A DNA stretch of 63,565 bases, counting the filler. It is 5 parts of 5 records of this genome, joined end to end, with 100 filler letters (N's around TTAATTAATTAA, not from the genome) between each part and the next. Parts side by side here need not be neighbours in the genome. Positions count along the whole stretch, not along the records: positions 34,528 to 46,682 come from SRR22947725_2488; positions 46,783 to 56,627 come from SRR22947725_2498; 3 more parts are not named here. One strand, given 5' to 3'. Below, piece by piece: positions 38,578 to 49,564 of this stretch. Made by a program: the position numbers and the translations under genes. The notes below the pieces were generated by a model. It saw only the letters and a list, made by a program, of their open reading frames with translations, was not told where the DNA came from and searched no databases. How positions within the stretch are numbered: position 1 is the stretch's first letter; each line of letters opens with the position of its first letter.

Positions 38578-40617
38578 TTATTTTCTTTTATAACGTTTCC
38601 CTTTTCGTTTTCTCATTTCACCATTATAAAAGCTACTATCCAATTTTACTAATATACTTCCAGTAGATGAATCGACTTCAGTTATTTTAGCTTTTAATTT
38701 CATTCCAACATTGAAAATAAGGCCATTACTTTCACCAGTCAGTGATTGCTTCTTTTCATTATATTTATACCAGTCATATGGTAACTCTCTTACCGGCATT
38801 AATGCGTCAGCTATTCCTTCATCTATAGAGACAAATATTCCAAATTTATGAACTGAAAGGATTACGCACTCAATTATTTCATTAATGCGTTCTTGATATA
38901 TTAATGCGATAAGTCGATCTATAGTTTTTCTTTCTGCAACTATTGCTTTTCTTTCAGTGCTTGAAATATGCTCGCAAATTAAATCTAAATTATTTTTTTG
39001 TTTGAGGTTTGTATCATTTTTCTTTTTGGGTTTTGTATTTATGATTTCAATAATTTGTCTATGTATCAGTAAGTCGGCATATCGTCTAATTGGTGATGTG
39101 AAGTGAACATAGTTTTTCAGAGCTAAACCAAAATGTGATTTATTTATATTGTTATATTTAGCTTGAGACTGACTTCTTAAAATTGATTGGTTTATCATTT
39201 CATAGTCAGGAGTTTCTTTAGTTTGTTCTAAAATTTTGTTCATTAATGATGTGTGTGGTATTTTGCCAATTAAGTTGTTTGCTAGGGGTTTACCTATTAA
39301 ATCAATTAAGGTTTTATATTTTTCTGGGCTTGGGGGTTCATGAATACGATAAATTGATTCACTATTATATTTCTGTATTTCTTCTGCCGCACTAACATTG
39401 GCTAATATCATTAATTCTTCAATAATTTTATTACTTTTTAACCCATAAACTTTTTTCACTTCAGTGGGCCAATTTTTATCATCAAATAAAATTTTCTTTT
39501 CAGGTAAATCTAAATTAAGTGCCCCTCTTTGCTTTCTTAGCTTTTGAAGAATTAGATAAACTTCATATAAGGATTCAATAACTTCTATAACTTTATTATC
39601 ATAATCAGTGTAAGGTGTTTTATTATCAATAATGTTTTCAACTTCATGATAAGTAAGGCGTTTTTGTGAATTAATAATCGATCTAAAAAATTTATGAGAT
39701 AATTTCTTTCCATCATTATTTAACGTTATCTCTACTGTTAAACATAATCTATCTACATTGGGCTTTAATGAACATAGATCATTTGACAATTCCTCAGGAA
39801 GCATAGGAATAACTAGATTAGGTAAATAAACAGAATTACCTCTTTCCTTGGCCTCTTTATCTAAGTTTGAATCTAGTTTAACAAAATGAGATACATCGGC
39901 AATAGACACTAATATTCGCCACATATTATCATGAGTTTTTTCAGCAAAAACAGCATCATCAAAATCTCTAGCGTCATCTCCATCTATTGTTACAAATGGA
40001 ATAGATTTTATGTCTGTTCTTTTATTAATAACAGATGCATTTACTAATTTTAGTTCGTTTTTTATGTTTTCGTTAAACTCATTTCTAATATTATTCTCTT
40101 TTATTGAAAGATAAGAAAATGTTTTAGGGTCAAAACTCGAGCCAATTACCTCTAATATTTCAGCAAATAACTTTTCTCTTTTGTTTCGTAATTTGTTTTT
40201 TTTAATTTTCTTGATTTTAATCTTGTTTAAAGTTTTACCCGAAGCTATTTGGGCTCTGACTATATCACCATCTTTGATTGAATAATTGTTTGAGGGTATA
40301 GGTTCTATTTTTTCTTTATATTTTGAACCTCTTTCTAATTCTTGAAGTATAAGATTTTTTGATTTTAATTTAACTATAGCGAAAAACTGTTTTCTCTCGA
40401 TATTAACTTTTTTTATTATTTTTATAAAAATCCAAACATTATTTATCTCTTTAGCTTCAACTAATAAAATGTCACCTAAATTAAAATCAATATTATTAGT
40501 ATTAAACGGAATTTCTATTTGATTAGTACTATCTAAAATTTCGCCAATAGCAAAACCATCAGCATCCAAGCTTAATACTGTTATTGATAAAATTTTGGTA
40601 CCTTTAGATGTTACCAA
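38578..40617 (-). CDS. rnr: Ribonuclease R
   Basis: TIDGDDARDFDDA, IADVSHFV, RGNSVY, HFTSPIRRYADL, S1 domain. Confidence 0.92.
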   Translation of the reverse strand: MVTSKGTKILSITVLSLDADGFAIGEILDSTNQIEIPFNTNNIDFNLGDILLVEAKEINNVWIFIKIIKKVNIERKQFFAIVKLKSKNLILQELERGSKYKEKIEPIPSNNYSIKDGDIVRAQIASGKTLNKIKIKKIKKNKLRNKREKLFAEILEVIGSSFDPKTFSYLSIKENNIRNEFNENIKNELKLVNASVINKRTDIKSIPFVTIDGDDARDFDDAVFAEKTHDNMWRILVSIADVSHFVKLDSNLDKEAKERGNSVYLPNLVIPMLPEELSNDLCSLKPNVDRLCLTVEITLNNDGKKLSHKFFRSIINSQKRLTYHEVENIIDNKTPYTDYDNKVIEVIESLYEVYLILQKLRKQRGALNLDLPEKKILFDDKNWPTEVKKVYGLKSNKIIEELMILANVSAAEEIQKYNSESIYRIHEPPSPEKYKTLIDLIGKPLANNLIGKIPHTSLMNKILEQTKETPDYEMINQSILRSQSQAKYNNINKSHFGLALKNYVHFTSPIRRYADLLIHRQIIEIINTKPKKKNDTNLKQKNNLDLICEHISSTERKAIVAERKTIDRLIALIYQERINEIIECVILSVHKFGIFVSIDEGIADALMPVRELPYDWYKYNEKKQSLTGESNGLIFNVGMKLKAKITEVDSSTGSILVKLDSSFYNGEMRKRKGKRYKRK

Positions 40618-40662
40618 ATTATTAATTTTTTATTTTTATATTTTGAAGAATTATCATTAAAA

Positions 40663-43182
40663 CTATTTATTCTTTTTAGACTTATTGATTTTCTTAGTTG
40701 ATCTTTTAGGTTTTGCTGCTTTGGCAGTTAACAATTGGATAGCCAATTCTAAATTTATTTCTTCTAAAGAAGTGTCTTTAGGTAATGTTGCCCTAATTTT
40801 ATTATGCTCAACATAAGGTCCAAATCTACCAGATTTTGCAAAAACTTTACCATTCCCATCAGGGTGATCACCTAACACTTTACCTAATTTTTCACTATTT
40901 TCAGCAATCAAAACTACAGCGTGATTTAGACCTATATTGATAACTGTTTCGTCTGCCGGCAAACTTATAAAATTGATATCATATTTTAAATAAGGTCCAT
41001 ATCTTCCTATTCCAGCAGAAATATCTTGGTTAGTTTCAGGATGTTTTCCTATCAATCTTGGTAAAGAGAGAAAAGCTAAAGCTTTTTCTAAATTTATTTC
41101 TTTTGCACTAACGAGTTTAGGAATACTAGTTCTTTTGGGTTTCTTTTCATCACCAAGTTGCAGGTAAACGCCATAAGGTCCTTTTTTAATAAAAACATTT
41201 AATCCTGTAACTGGATCAATGCCTAAAACACCATCATTATCAGGAATGAAATTATCATTAGTATTATTTTCATCTTTATCCTGATTACTAGCAATCTGTT
41301 TTGTAAATTTACATTCAGGGTAATTTGAACAGCCTATAAAAGCACCATATTTACCTAATTCTAATCCTAAATTACCATTAGAACAAGTAGGACATTTCCT
41401 ATTAGGGGCTCCGTTTTTTAGATCATCTGTAGGAAAGAATAGTTCAGCTAATTCCTTTTCTAAAGCCTCAAGTATTTTGTCTCTTTCAAGTTCAGACATT
41501 TTACTTAGATGGGGTTTAAAACCATCCCAAAATTCCTTTAATAAATTTTTATAATTAAGTTTTCCATCAGATACTTTATCCAATTGTTTTTCAAGATCTG
41601 CTGTGAAGTCATACTCAATATATTTACCAAAAAAATTATTTAAAAAAGCAGTTAGAATTCTACCTCTTTCTTGCGGTATGTGTTTTCCTTTTTCTTTTTC
41701 AACATAACTTCTATTGACTAAAACTTGTAAAATAGAGGCATATGTAGATGGTCTACCAATACCCAACTCCTCCATTTTCTTAATTAAGCTTGCGTCCGTG
41801 TATCTAGGCGGTGGTTGTGTAAAATGTTGTTCACTTTTAAGATCAATTAAATTGACACTTTCATTTTCAACAAAATTTGGTAATAATCTATCATCTTCTC
41901 TATCTCTATAAATAAAAAAGCCAGGAAAAATGACTTGAGAGCCGTTAGCTCTAAAAGTAACTGTTTGGTCTTGATTTGAAATATCTGCAGCGGTTTCATC
42001 TAGTTCAGCAGATTGCATCTGACTTGAGATAGTTCTTTTCCATATTAAATCATAAAGTTTAAGTTGTTCAGTGTCTAAATATTTAGATATACTATCAGGA
42101 TCACGTGATATTGTAGTTGGTCTAATTGCCTCATGGGCTTCTTGAGCATTCGCAGCTTTAGATTTGTATATCCTTGGGTTTTGAGGAATATAATTTTTTC
42201 CATGACGGTTAGTAATTTCCTCGCGTAACTCTTCTACTGCTTGAGAACTTAGTTGAACTCCATCTGTTCTCATGTAAGTTATTAATCCTGTTGTCTCACT
42301 ACCTACATTTATTCCTTCATATAATTTCTGTGCAATACGCATAGTTCTCGAAGCATTAAAACCTAATTTATTTGAGGCTTCTTGCTGAAGGGTTGAAGTG
42401 GTGAAGGGGGGTAAAGGATTTCTTTTAACTCTTTTGCTTTCAATCTTTACAATATTGAATTTTGATATCTTAATCTGCTCTAGAGCTATATTAGCTTCTT
42501 TCTCATTTTTAATATCCATTTTTGCTAGTTTTTGAGAATTAAGAAAAGTTAACCTAGAAGAAAATTCTTCTTTTTTCATTGTAGAAAAAATAGAAGATAT
42601 TGACCAATATTCTTCAATATTAAATTTTTCTATTTCAATTTCTCTCTCACAAATTAGCTTTAGGGCCACAGATTGCACTCTTCCGGCAGACTTGGAGCCA
42701 GGTAGTTTCCGCCATAAAATAGGAGAAATTGAAAAACCAATAAGGTGATCTAAGGCTCTTCTTGCTAAATATGCTTCAACAAGTTCAGAGTTTATGTCCC
42801 TTGGTGATTTCATAGCCTCTAAAACAGCATTTTTAGTAATTTCGTTGAAAACAACTCTTTCAACTGGTTTTCCTAGGGTGGTCTTTTTATTATCAAGTAT
42901 TTCTTTTAAATGCCAGCTAATAGCTTCTCCTTCCCTATCTGGGTCAGTAGCTAAAATTAGTCTGTCAGCTAATTTTAACGCGCCTACTATTTCTTTAATA
43001 ACCTTGTCTTTATCTTTGTTCATTTCCCAAGACATTTTAAAATTTTCATCTGGTAGAACAGCTCCATCTTTTGATGGAAGGTCTCGAATGTGGCCAACAG
43101 AAGCAATAACTTTATAATCATTACCTAAATATTTATTAATGGTCTGAGCTTTAGCAGGAGATTCAACTATTACTAATTTCAT
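40663..43182 (-). CDS. topA: DNA topoisomerase I
   Basis: VIVESPAK, ATDPDREGEAI, SAGRVQS, ITYMRTD, Zn ribbon, G.YGPY C-terminal repeats. Confidence 0.98.
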   Translation of the reverse strand: MKLVIVESPAKAQTINKYLGNDYKVIASVGHIRDLPSKDGAVLPDENFKMSWEMNKDKDKVIKEIVGALKLADRLILATDPDREGEAISWHLKEILDNKKTTLGKPVERVVFNEITKNAVLEAMKSPRDINSELVEAYLARRALDHLIGFSISPILWRKLPGSKSAGRVQSVALKLICEREIEIEKFNIEEYWSISSIFSTMKKEEFSSRLTFLNSQKLAKMDIKNEKEANIALEQIKISKFNIVKIESKRVKRNPLPPFTTSTLQQEASNKLGFNASRTMRIAQKLYEGINVGSETTGLITYMRTDGVQLSSQAVEELREEITNRHGKNYIPQNPRIYKSKAANAQEAHEAIRPTTISRDPDSISKYLDTEQLKLYDLIWKRTISSQMQSAELDETAADISNQDQTVTFRANGSQVIFPGFFIYRDREDDRLLPNFVENESVNLIDLKSEQHFTQPPPRYTDASLIKKMEELGIGRPSTYASILQVLVNRSYVEKEKGKHIPQERGRILTAFLNNFFGKYIEYDFTADLEKQLDKVSDGKLNYKNLLKEFWDGFKPHLSKMSELERDKILEALEKELAELFFPTDDLKNGAPNRKCPTCSNGNLGLELGKYGAFIGCSNYPECKFTKQIASNQDKDENNTNDNFIPDNDGVLGIDPVTGLNVFIKKGPYGVYLQLGDEKKPKRTSIPKLVSAKEINLEKALAFLSLPRLIGKHPETNQDISAGIGRYGPYLKYDINFISLPADETVINIGLNHAVVLIAENSEKLGKVLGDHPDGNGKVFAKSGRFGPYVEHNKIRATLPKDTSLEEINLELAIQLLTAKAAKPKRSTKKINKSKKNK

Positions 43183-43271
43183 TTATGTTAGCCTTAATAT
43201 ATATATTTAATGACTTAATTATTTTTTAGTGCAGATAACATTACTTTTGTGAAATAACAATAGTAATATTT

Positions 43272-43901
43272 CTATATTTTTGGCTCAGACCCTTTTAAAA
43301 GTCTTTTAATATTGTCTTTATGTTTAATAAAGCAAACGCATGAAATTATTATAGAAGAAATCAAAAAGACATTTTCTATTGAATTTATAAACATTAGTAT
43401 AGGAATTAAAATATAAACAGTGAGCGCAGATAACGAACTTATTTTAAATATTTTAGTAACTAAAAGCCACATAATAAGACTTATTATTCCAATGAAAAAG
43501 TCGAAGTAAAGTATTACACCAAAACCAGTTGCTACACCTTTTCCACCGTTGAATTTTAGCCAAATTGGATAACAATGACCAATAACGGCTGAAACACCTG
43601 CAACACATTCAAAAAAATTATTATTATTTAAATTTGATACTATTTCATAATTAGATATTACTTTAACCAAATAAATTGCTAATGCTCCTTTAACTCCATC
43701 AAGTAATAGGGTCATTAAAGCTAATTTTTTGTTACCTGTTCTTAAAACATTAGTGGCACCAATGTTTCCACTTCCTATTTTTCTAATATCTCCAATACCA
43801 TTGGCTCTGGTTAATATTAACCCAAATGGGATTGACCCTACTAAATATCCAAAAAAAACAAATAAGGATGAAAAGATTAAAAAATTTTGATCTAAGATCA
43901 T
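43272..43901 (-). CDS. plsY: Glycerol-3-phosphate acyltransferase
   Basis: GSIPFG, GSGNIGATNVLR, GGKGVAT, KH.DNI.RL. Confidence 0.96.
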   Translation of the reverse strand: MILDQNFLIFSSLFVFFGYLVGSIPFGLILTRANGIGDIRKIGSGNIGATNVLRTGNKKLALMTLLLDGVKGALAIYLVKVISNYEIVSNLNNNNFFECVAGVSAVIGHCYPIWLKFNGGKGVATGFGVILYFDFFIGIISLIMWLLVTKIFKISSLSALTVYILIPILMFINSIENVFLISSIIISCVCFIKHKDNIKRLLKGSEPKI

Positions 43902-45223
43902 TTTTTGATTTTTTCTTCTAAATCTTTATGGATATAAGTAGCATGGCCATTAATAAAAGTGCCTAAAACTTTCCCAGAAGTTTTTCGTCCATGAAATGGC
44001 GTAGGGCTTGTTTTCAAATTATTTTTATCAATCTTTCCAATAGCGTTTTCATCAAAAACTATAAAGGTAGCTTTTTTATTATTATCTATTTTATTTTTTT
44101 CTATATTCAAGATATTGCTTGGATTGGTTGTTAATAGAGAAACAGCTTTGTTTAAATCAATAATTTTTTTATGCACTAATTCTAATGTAAGTAAAAATAG
44201 AGTTTCAATTCCTGATGCACCTATTGATGCGGCAGAAAAAGGTTGAATTTTAGTGTCATTTGACCTTGAACGATGATCTGACGCGATAGCATCTATCGTA
44301 CCATCTTGTATACCTTCTATTACCGCCAACCTATCATCTTCACATCGTAGTGGAGGAGAAAGTTTAAATGCTGTGTTATAACTAAGTAATTCAGTTTCAT
44401 TGAGAGCAAAATAAGGTGGGGCAGTATCACAAGTTATTTTTACTCCTTCTTTTTTTGCTTTTCTTATTACATCAATACTATCTCTAGTTGACACGTGTGC
44501 CACATGATAATGAACACCAGTTAATTTCGCTAATCTAATATCTCGTTCAATCATTATGACTTCAGCACAAGAGGGTATACCAATTAAACCAAGCCTTGTT
44601 GAGACCTCACCTTCATTCATTTCACCCCTGATAGAAGTGGTAGATGCTTGATTTAATCCTGATAAATCTTCGTCTTCAGCATGTTGAATGATAGGGCGGT
44701 TGATCATTTGAGCGTAACTCATTACACGCCTTAAAACTAAACTATTTTTTATACTTTTGTTACCATTAGTAAAGCCTATGGCTCCCAATTCAGCCATAAG
44801 CCCTAATTCACACATTTGTAATGATTGGTCATCTTTAGTAGCAGCACCATAAACCCAAACTTTAGGAAGAGAAGGGTCTTCAGATTGTCTTTGAATATGA
44901 TCTATTATAGAAGGATTGTTTAGTTTAGGCGTTTGATTAGGTAGAAGAACCATAGAAGTTATTCCATTTTCTGAAGCTACTTTTTGGGTAAGTTTTAAGT
45001 TTTCAGTTTTCCCTATGTTAACTCTCATATCTACTAATCCAGGAGCCATTGTTAGCCCATTACAGTTATAAAAAGTTATTGGATTTTTATCAGATAGGAT
45101 TACTTCATCAAAATTTTTAACAATTGCATTGATTTTATTGTCTTCAATTATGACATCAAAAATATCACTGACATCGATCTCTGGATTTACGACTTTTATT
45201 GATTTAAATATTGAGTAAGCCAT
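43898..45223 (-). CDS. pyrC: Dihydroorotase-like protein, probably inactive PyrC'
   Basis: PGLVD, HAED, HVST, PPLR, IASDH retained, but the HxH motif reads DMRVN. Confidence 0.85.
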   Translation of the reverse strand: MAYSIFKSIKVVNPEIDVSDIFDVIIEDNKINAIVKNFDEVILSDKNPITFYNCNGLTMAPGLVDMRVNIGKTENLKLTQKVASENGITSMVLLPNQTPKLNNPSIIDHIQRQSEDPSLPKVWVYGAATKDDQSLQMCELGLMAELGAIGFTNGNKSIKNSLVLRRVMSYAQMINRPIIQHAEDEDLSGLNQASTTSIRGEMNEGEVSTRLGLIGIPSCAEVIMIERDIRLAKLTGVHYHVAHVSTRDSIDVIRKAKKEGVKITCDTAPPYFALNETELLSYNTAFKLSPPLRCEDDRLAVIEGIQDGTIDAIASDHRSRSNDTKIQPFSAASIGASGIETLFLLTLELVHKKIIDLNKAVSLLTTNPSNILNIEKNKIDNNKKATFIVFDENAIGKIDKNNLKTSPTPFHGRKTSGKVLGTFINGHATYIHKDLEEKIKK

Positions 45224-45231
45224 TTAGTTTT

Positions 45232-46206
45232 TCAAATTTGATGTTTTGTATAATTTAACGCTTCAATAATAGACATTCTTACTGCGACCCCCATTTCAAC
45301 CTGAGTTTTAATGAGGCTTCTATTTGTATCATCTGCTAATGCTGATGCTATTTCAACACCTCTGTTCATGGGACCAGGGTGCATGATAACAGCATTTGAG
45401 TTAGCTAAAGAAAGCTTTGTTTCATCAAGACCAAAGAACTTAAAATACTCTCTTTCAGAAGGATTTTCTGTTCCAGACATTCTTTCGTTTTGTAACCGTA
45501 AAAGCATTACTACATCTGAATTTTTTATTCCTTCTTTCATGTTGTAAAAACATTTAACGCCTAATTTTTCCAGGCCAGAAGGCATCAGAGTTGGAGGGGC
45601 CACGCACCTAACTTCTGCGCCCATTATTGTCAGTAAATGTATATTGGAACGAGCTACCCTACTATTAGCTATATCTCCACATATACTTATTTTTAAACCT
45701 TCTAAATATCCTATCCTTCTTTTAATAGTTAATGCATCTAACAATGCTTGAGTTGGGTGTTCGTGTCTTCCATCTCCGGCATTAATAATGCTACAATTTA
45801 AATAATTAGCAAATAAAATTGGAGCTCCACTATGTGGGTGCCGAACAATTAAAAGATCAGGTTTCATTGCATTCAATGTGCTTGCTGTATCAAGTAGACT
45901 TTCTCCCTTTTTTATTGAGGAGTTTATTAAAGATATATTAATAACTTCAGCACCGAGTCTTCTTGCTGCTAATTCAAACGATACCCTTGTCCTTGTAGAA
46001 TTTTCAAAAAAAACATTTAAAACTACATAACCTTGAAGAAATTTTGTATCGCTATGTTTATCTAAATTTGCAAAAAAGTCTGCTCTGTCAATTAAGCTTT
46101 GTATTTCTAATTTGTCCATTCCTTCAATTGAAAGAAGATGATGGGAAGAAAGTTTAACCGGAGAAGTGGATGTGTTTTTTTGAATTTTGTTTAATAAATC
46201 ATTCAT
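45232..46206 (-). CDS. pyrB: Aspartate carbamoyltransferase catalytic subunit
   Basis: [33 protein letters not shown]. Confidence 0.97.
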   Translation of the reverse strand: MNDLLNKIQKNTSTSPVKLSSHHLLSIEGMDKLEIQSLIDRADFFANLDKHSDTKFLQGYVVLNVFFENSTRTRVSFELAARRLGAEVINISLINSSIKKGESLLDTASTLNAMKPDLLIVRHPHSGAPILFANYLNCSIINAGDGRHEHPTQALLDALTIKRRIGYLEGLKISICGDIANSRVARSNIHLLTIMGAEVRCVAPPTLMPSGLEKLGVKCFYNMKEGIKNSDVVMLLRLQNERMSGTENPSEREYFKFFGLDETKLSLANSNAVIMHPGPMNRGVEIASALADDTNRSLIKTQVEMGVAVRMSIIEALNYTKHQI

Positions 46207-46219
46207 TAAAAAAATATTA

Positions 46220-46682
46220 CTACATCTTTTTTTGCAATCCGTCTAGCGCTGTTTGTAATATCCAACTTGCTGCTAAATAGTCTTTTCTAGATTTTCTTTT
46301 TTTCCTTGATAAATCCTGTGTTATCATTGGCCTTTCTACAGCCATTGTGGATAGTCTTTCATCTTGAAGCAAAACTGGCAAGTCAACAACATTCATTAAA
46401 CTTATTGTAAAATCTCTAACAGAATCACACCTTGGACCAATAGTTCCATCCATATTGAGGGGCCAACCCATTACTAAACCTGTTATTTCGTATTGATTAA
46501 AAATTGATATTAGGTGATTGATGTCTGAATTTAACTTATTTCTTTTTATAGTAGAAACTGGAGATGCTATAGTCCAATCAGAATTACTAACAGCAATCCC
46601 TAAGGTCTTTGTTCCAGGATCTATACCTAAAAGTCTTTTTTTGGGCAAAATATTCAACAAAAATTCATCAGGCTTGAAGATA
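46220..46682 (-). CDS. ruvX: YqgF/RuvX nuclease, 5' end at contig edge
   Basis: [35 protein letters not shown]. Confidence 0.92.
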
Positions 46683-46782
46683 NNNNNNNNNNNNNNNNNN
46701 NNNNNNNNNNNNNNNNNNNNNNNNNNTTAATTAATTAANNNNNNNNNNNNNNNNNNNNNNNNNNNNNNNNNNNNNNNNNNNN
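46683..46782. other. Artificial contig linker
   Basis: 44 N + TTAATTAATTAA + 44 N. Confidence 0.99.
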
Positions 46783-46837
46783 TTAGAGCGTCGGATTCAT
46801 AACCCGGAGGTCCCGAGTTCAATTCTCGGTCTCGCTA
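46783..46837 (+). tRNA. tRNA with CAT anticodon (probably elongator Met), 5'-truncated
   Basis: TTAGAGC D-arm remnant, anticodon loop TTCATAA (CAT at 46798-46800), T-arm CCGAG-TTCAATT-CTCGG, acceptor 3' strand TCTCGCT-A; CCA not encoded. Confidence 0.9.
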
Positions 46838-46854
46838 CTATTTTTCACTGAAAT

Positions 46855-48228
46855 TTATTTCTTTAATATCTCAACTATTTTCTCAATAGAAAGTATTTGC
46901 TGACTACCATCAGACATTTTTTTCAAACAATAAGAAGAGCTATCTACTTCATTATCATCAACAATAATAACGTAAGGAACTGCAATATTATTTGCGTATT
47001 TCAATTGCTTTTTTAAACTAACGACATCAGGATAAAAGTCAGTGTTAATATTGTTTAATCTCAAGTGATCAACTCCTTTAAGAAGATAATTTAAATGCTT
47101 GTTATTGGTATTTGTAAATAAAACTGTTGCTTTTGTCTTATTTATTTTTGGAAATAAATTTAAAGTATCCATTACTATATAAATTCTATCTAATCCAAAA
47201 CTTACTCCAATACCACTAACATCATTAAGACCAAATACTGAAGTTAAATCATCATATCTTCCACCTGCGGCAATTGATCCAATATTAACTTTATCACTAG
47301 CATTAACTTCGAAAATAGTACCGGTATAATAACTTAAGCCTCTTGCTAAAGAAGTATCAAGAACTAATTTAGTTTTACCCAGGTTCTTTAATGAAATAAG
47401 ATTGTAAATTGAATTTAAATCTTGTACTCCCTCTAAACCAACAATACTTTTTTTAAATAAATTATTTAAAGAACTAATTGAATTAATGAAGTCATCTTTA
47501 ATAGATAGGTAATTAACCAATATAGGTTTTAAAGAAGGATCTAAACCTAATTTTATAAGTTCACTAACTACTTTATCCTTACCAATTTTATCAGTTTTAT
47601 CTAAAATTACAGTCAGTTCAATTAACTTGTTCTCAAGTTTTAAAACTTCACATAGACCAATGAGTATCTTTCTATGGTTAACTCTTATTTTACAATCAGG
47701 GATTTTCAAACTATTAAAAACATCTGAAAATAAATGAATAAAATCAACCTCCTGAAGTAAAGACTTTGATCCTATAACATCTGCATCACATTGCAAAAAC
47801 TCTCTAAATCTTCCTTTTTGAGGTCTGTCTGCCCTCCATACTAATTGAATTTGATATCTCTTAAATGGTAAACTAATTTCATTTTGATTTTGAACAACAT
47901 ACCTTGCGAAAGGAATTGTGAGATCATACCTTAGAGCTTTATCTGAAATAGAGGATGAAATTAAACTAAGATTATCAGAAAGAAGTGTTGAATCATCAAT
48001 ATTTTTTTTAAAATTACCAGATTTTAATATTTTAAAAATAAGTCTATCTCCTTCATCTCCATATTTACCTAATAAAGTTTCAGTATTTTCAAAACTTGGA
48101 GTTTCAATTGGTGAAAATCCAAACTTATTAAAACTGTCTTTTATTGAACTGACAATAAAATCTCTTTTAAAAATTTGAGTTGAGTTAAAGTCTCTTGTTC
48201 CTTTGGATGTTAAGGCTTTCGATTTCAT
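46855..48228 (-). CDS. hisS: Histidine--tRNA ligase
   Basis: KGTRDF, LRYDLTIPFAR, WRADRPQKGRFREF.QCD, LARGLSYYTG, GGRYD. Confidence 0.97.
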   Translation of the reverse strand: MKSKALTSKGTRDFNSTQIFKRDFIVSSIKDSFNKFGFSPIETPSFENTETLLGKYGDEGDRLIFKILKSGNFKKNIDDSTLLSDNLSLISSSISDKALRYDLTIPFARYVVQNQNEISLPFKRYQIQLVWRADRPQKGRFREFLQCDADVIGSKSLLQEVDFIHLFSDVFNSLKIPDCKIRVNHRKILIGLCEVLKLENKLIELTVILDKTDKIGKDKVVSELIKLGLDPSLKPILVNYLSIKDDFINSISSLNNLFKKSIVGLEGVQDLNSIYNLISLKNLGKTKLVLDTSLARGLSYYTGTIFEVNASDKVNIGSIAAGGRYDDLTSVFGLNDVSGIGVSFGLDRIYIVMDTLNLFPKINKTKATVLFTNTNNKHLNYLLKGVDHLRLNNINTDFYPDVVSLKKQLKYANNIAVPYVIIVDDNEVDSSSYCLKKMSDGSQQILSIEKIVEILKK

Positions 48229-48264
48229 TACAGAAATATATACAATTATTAATTAATTTAATAA

Positions 48265-48738
48265 CTAGGCAATAATTAATTCATCAAAATAATTAAATAA
48301 TTCACCCTTGGTAATTATACCGCCTTTTTTTATTAAATCGAATATATCGGCAAGTTTATCATCAGAATAGTTTTTGTTTGAATTATATATTTTAACACTA
48401 TCATCAAATAAATTATCTCTTAACCAAGAGAATCCATCATCAGTTGTGAAATCTACATCAGTATTTTCAGTATAAATTGCAATAAATTTCATTTGAGATT
48501 CACCAAAAGAAAATAAATAAATATGATTTTTTGAAATATTTTCTAAAAATCGTGTTTTACCTAAAACTTTAGTCCAAACAATATCACTAAAAAGATCTAA
48601 TAGTCCTTCAGTTTTTCCGTCATTATTTTGTTTGAGAATATTCCAATCTTCATAAGTAATTGAATTTGAGGATAGAAAATCAATAAATTCTTTATGTAAT
48701 TCAACGAATTGGTCCTTAGTTAATCTAGAATATTTCAT
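48265..48738 (-). CDS. Conserved Bacteroidota protein (DUF6495-like)
   Basis: MKY.RLTK.QF.ELH.EFI.FL, FSDIVW; lies downstream of rplI. Confidence 0.75.
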   Translation of the reverse strand: MKYSRLTKDQFVELHKEFIDFLSSNSITYEDWNILKQNNDGKTEGLLDLFSDIVWTKVLGKTRFLENISKNHIYLFSFGESQMKFIAIYTENTDVDFTTDDGFSWLRDNLFDDSVKIYNSNKNYSDDKLADIFDLIKKGGIITKGELFNYFDELIIA

Positions 48739-48748
48739 AATCTGTAAT

Positions 48749-48779
48749 AAAAAAAAACCCCAAGAAGTATTGAGGTTTT
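48749..48779 (-). terminator. Rho-independent terminator after rplI
   Basis: Minus strand AAAACCTCAA-TACTTC-TTGGGGTTTT followed by a T run. Confidence 0.7.
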
Positions 48780-48799
48780 AAGTTTTAAGATAATAATTA

Positions 48800-49252
48800 T
48801 TATTTACCCTCTGGAATAATTTCAAAAGGAAATTCAACACTAACTTCTCTGTGTAATCGAATGTTAGCAATAAATTTACCTAATTGTTTTATTGACCCAC
48901 CAGGGATAATAATCTGCTTTTTATCAATTTCAAAACCACTAGCTTCTAGAGCCTTTTGAACGTCTATATTATTTATAGATCCAAATAATTTGACTCCTTG
49001 GCCAACTTTAGATTTAATTTTAACTTCTAAAGTTAATAATTTCTTTGATAATTTATTAGCATCATCTATAATTTTTTTCTCCTTAAAAGCTCTTTGTTTT
49101 AAATTTTCTGCAAGTACTTTTTTAGCTGATGATGTAGCTAAAACGGCAGAACCGTTTGGTATTAAAAAGTTTCTACCAAATCCATTTTTGACATTCACTA
49201 AGTCGTCTTTAAAACCGACTCCTTCAACATCTATTTTTAGTATTAGTTCCAT
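48800..49252 (-). CDS. rplI: 50S ribosomal protein L9
   Basis: VKNGFGRNFLIP, KLFGSI, IRLHREV. Confidence 0.97.
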   Translation of the reverse strand: MELILKIDVEGVGFKDDLVNVKNGFGRNFLIPNGSAVLATSSAKKVLAENLKQRAFKEKKIIDDANKLSKKLLTLEVKIKSKVGQGVKLFGSINNIDVQKALEASGFEIDKKQIIIPGGSIKQLGKFIANIRLHREVSVEFPFEIIPEGK

Positions 49253-49265
49253 ATTATAAATATTT

Positions 49266-49562
49266 TTATTTCATTAAATCAGCTACGTAAGGCATAATTG
49301 CTAAATGTCTTGCTCTTTTAACAGCAACAGAAACCTTTCTTTGAAATTTCAAAGAAGTTCCAGTTAATCTTCTAGGTAAAAGTTTACCTTGCTCATTAAC
49401 GAATTTTATTAAAAAATCTGGATCTTTATAGTCAATGTACTTAATACCAGACTTTTTAAATCTACAATATTTTTTTGCTTTGTTTGTATCTATTTGAAGT
49501 GGAGTAAGATATCTAATTTCTCCATCTTTTTTTCCTTTTGCTTGTTGTTCTAATGTAGCCAT
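49266..49562 (-). CDS. rpsR: 30S ribosomal protein S18
   Basis: [21 protein letters not shown]. Confidence 0.98.
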   Translation of the reverse strand: MATLEQQAKGKKDGEIRYLTPLQIDTNKAKKYCRFKKSGIKYIDYKDPDFLIKFVNEQGKLLPRRLTGTSLKFQRKVSVAVKRARHLAIMPYVADLMK

Positions 49563-49564
49563 AG

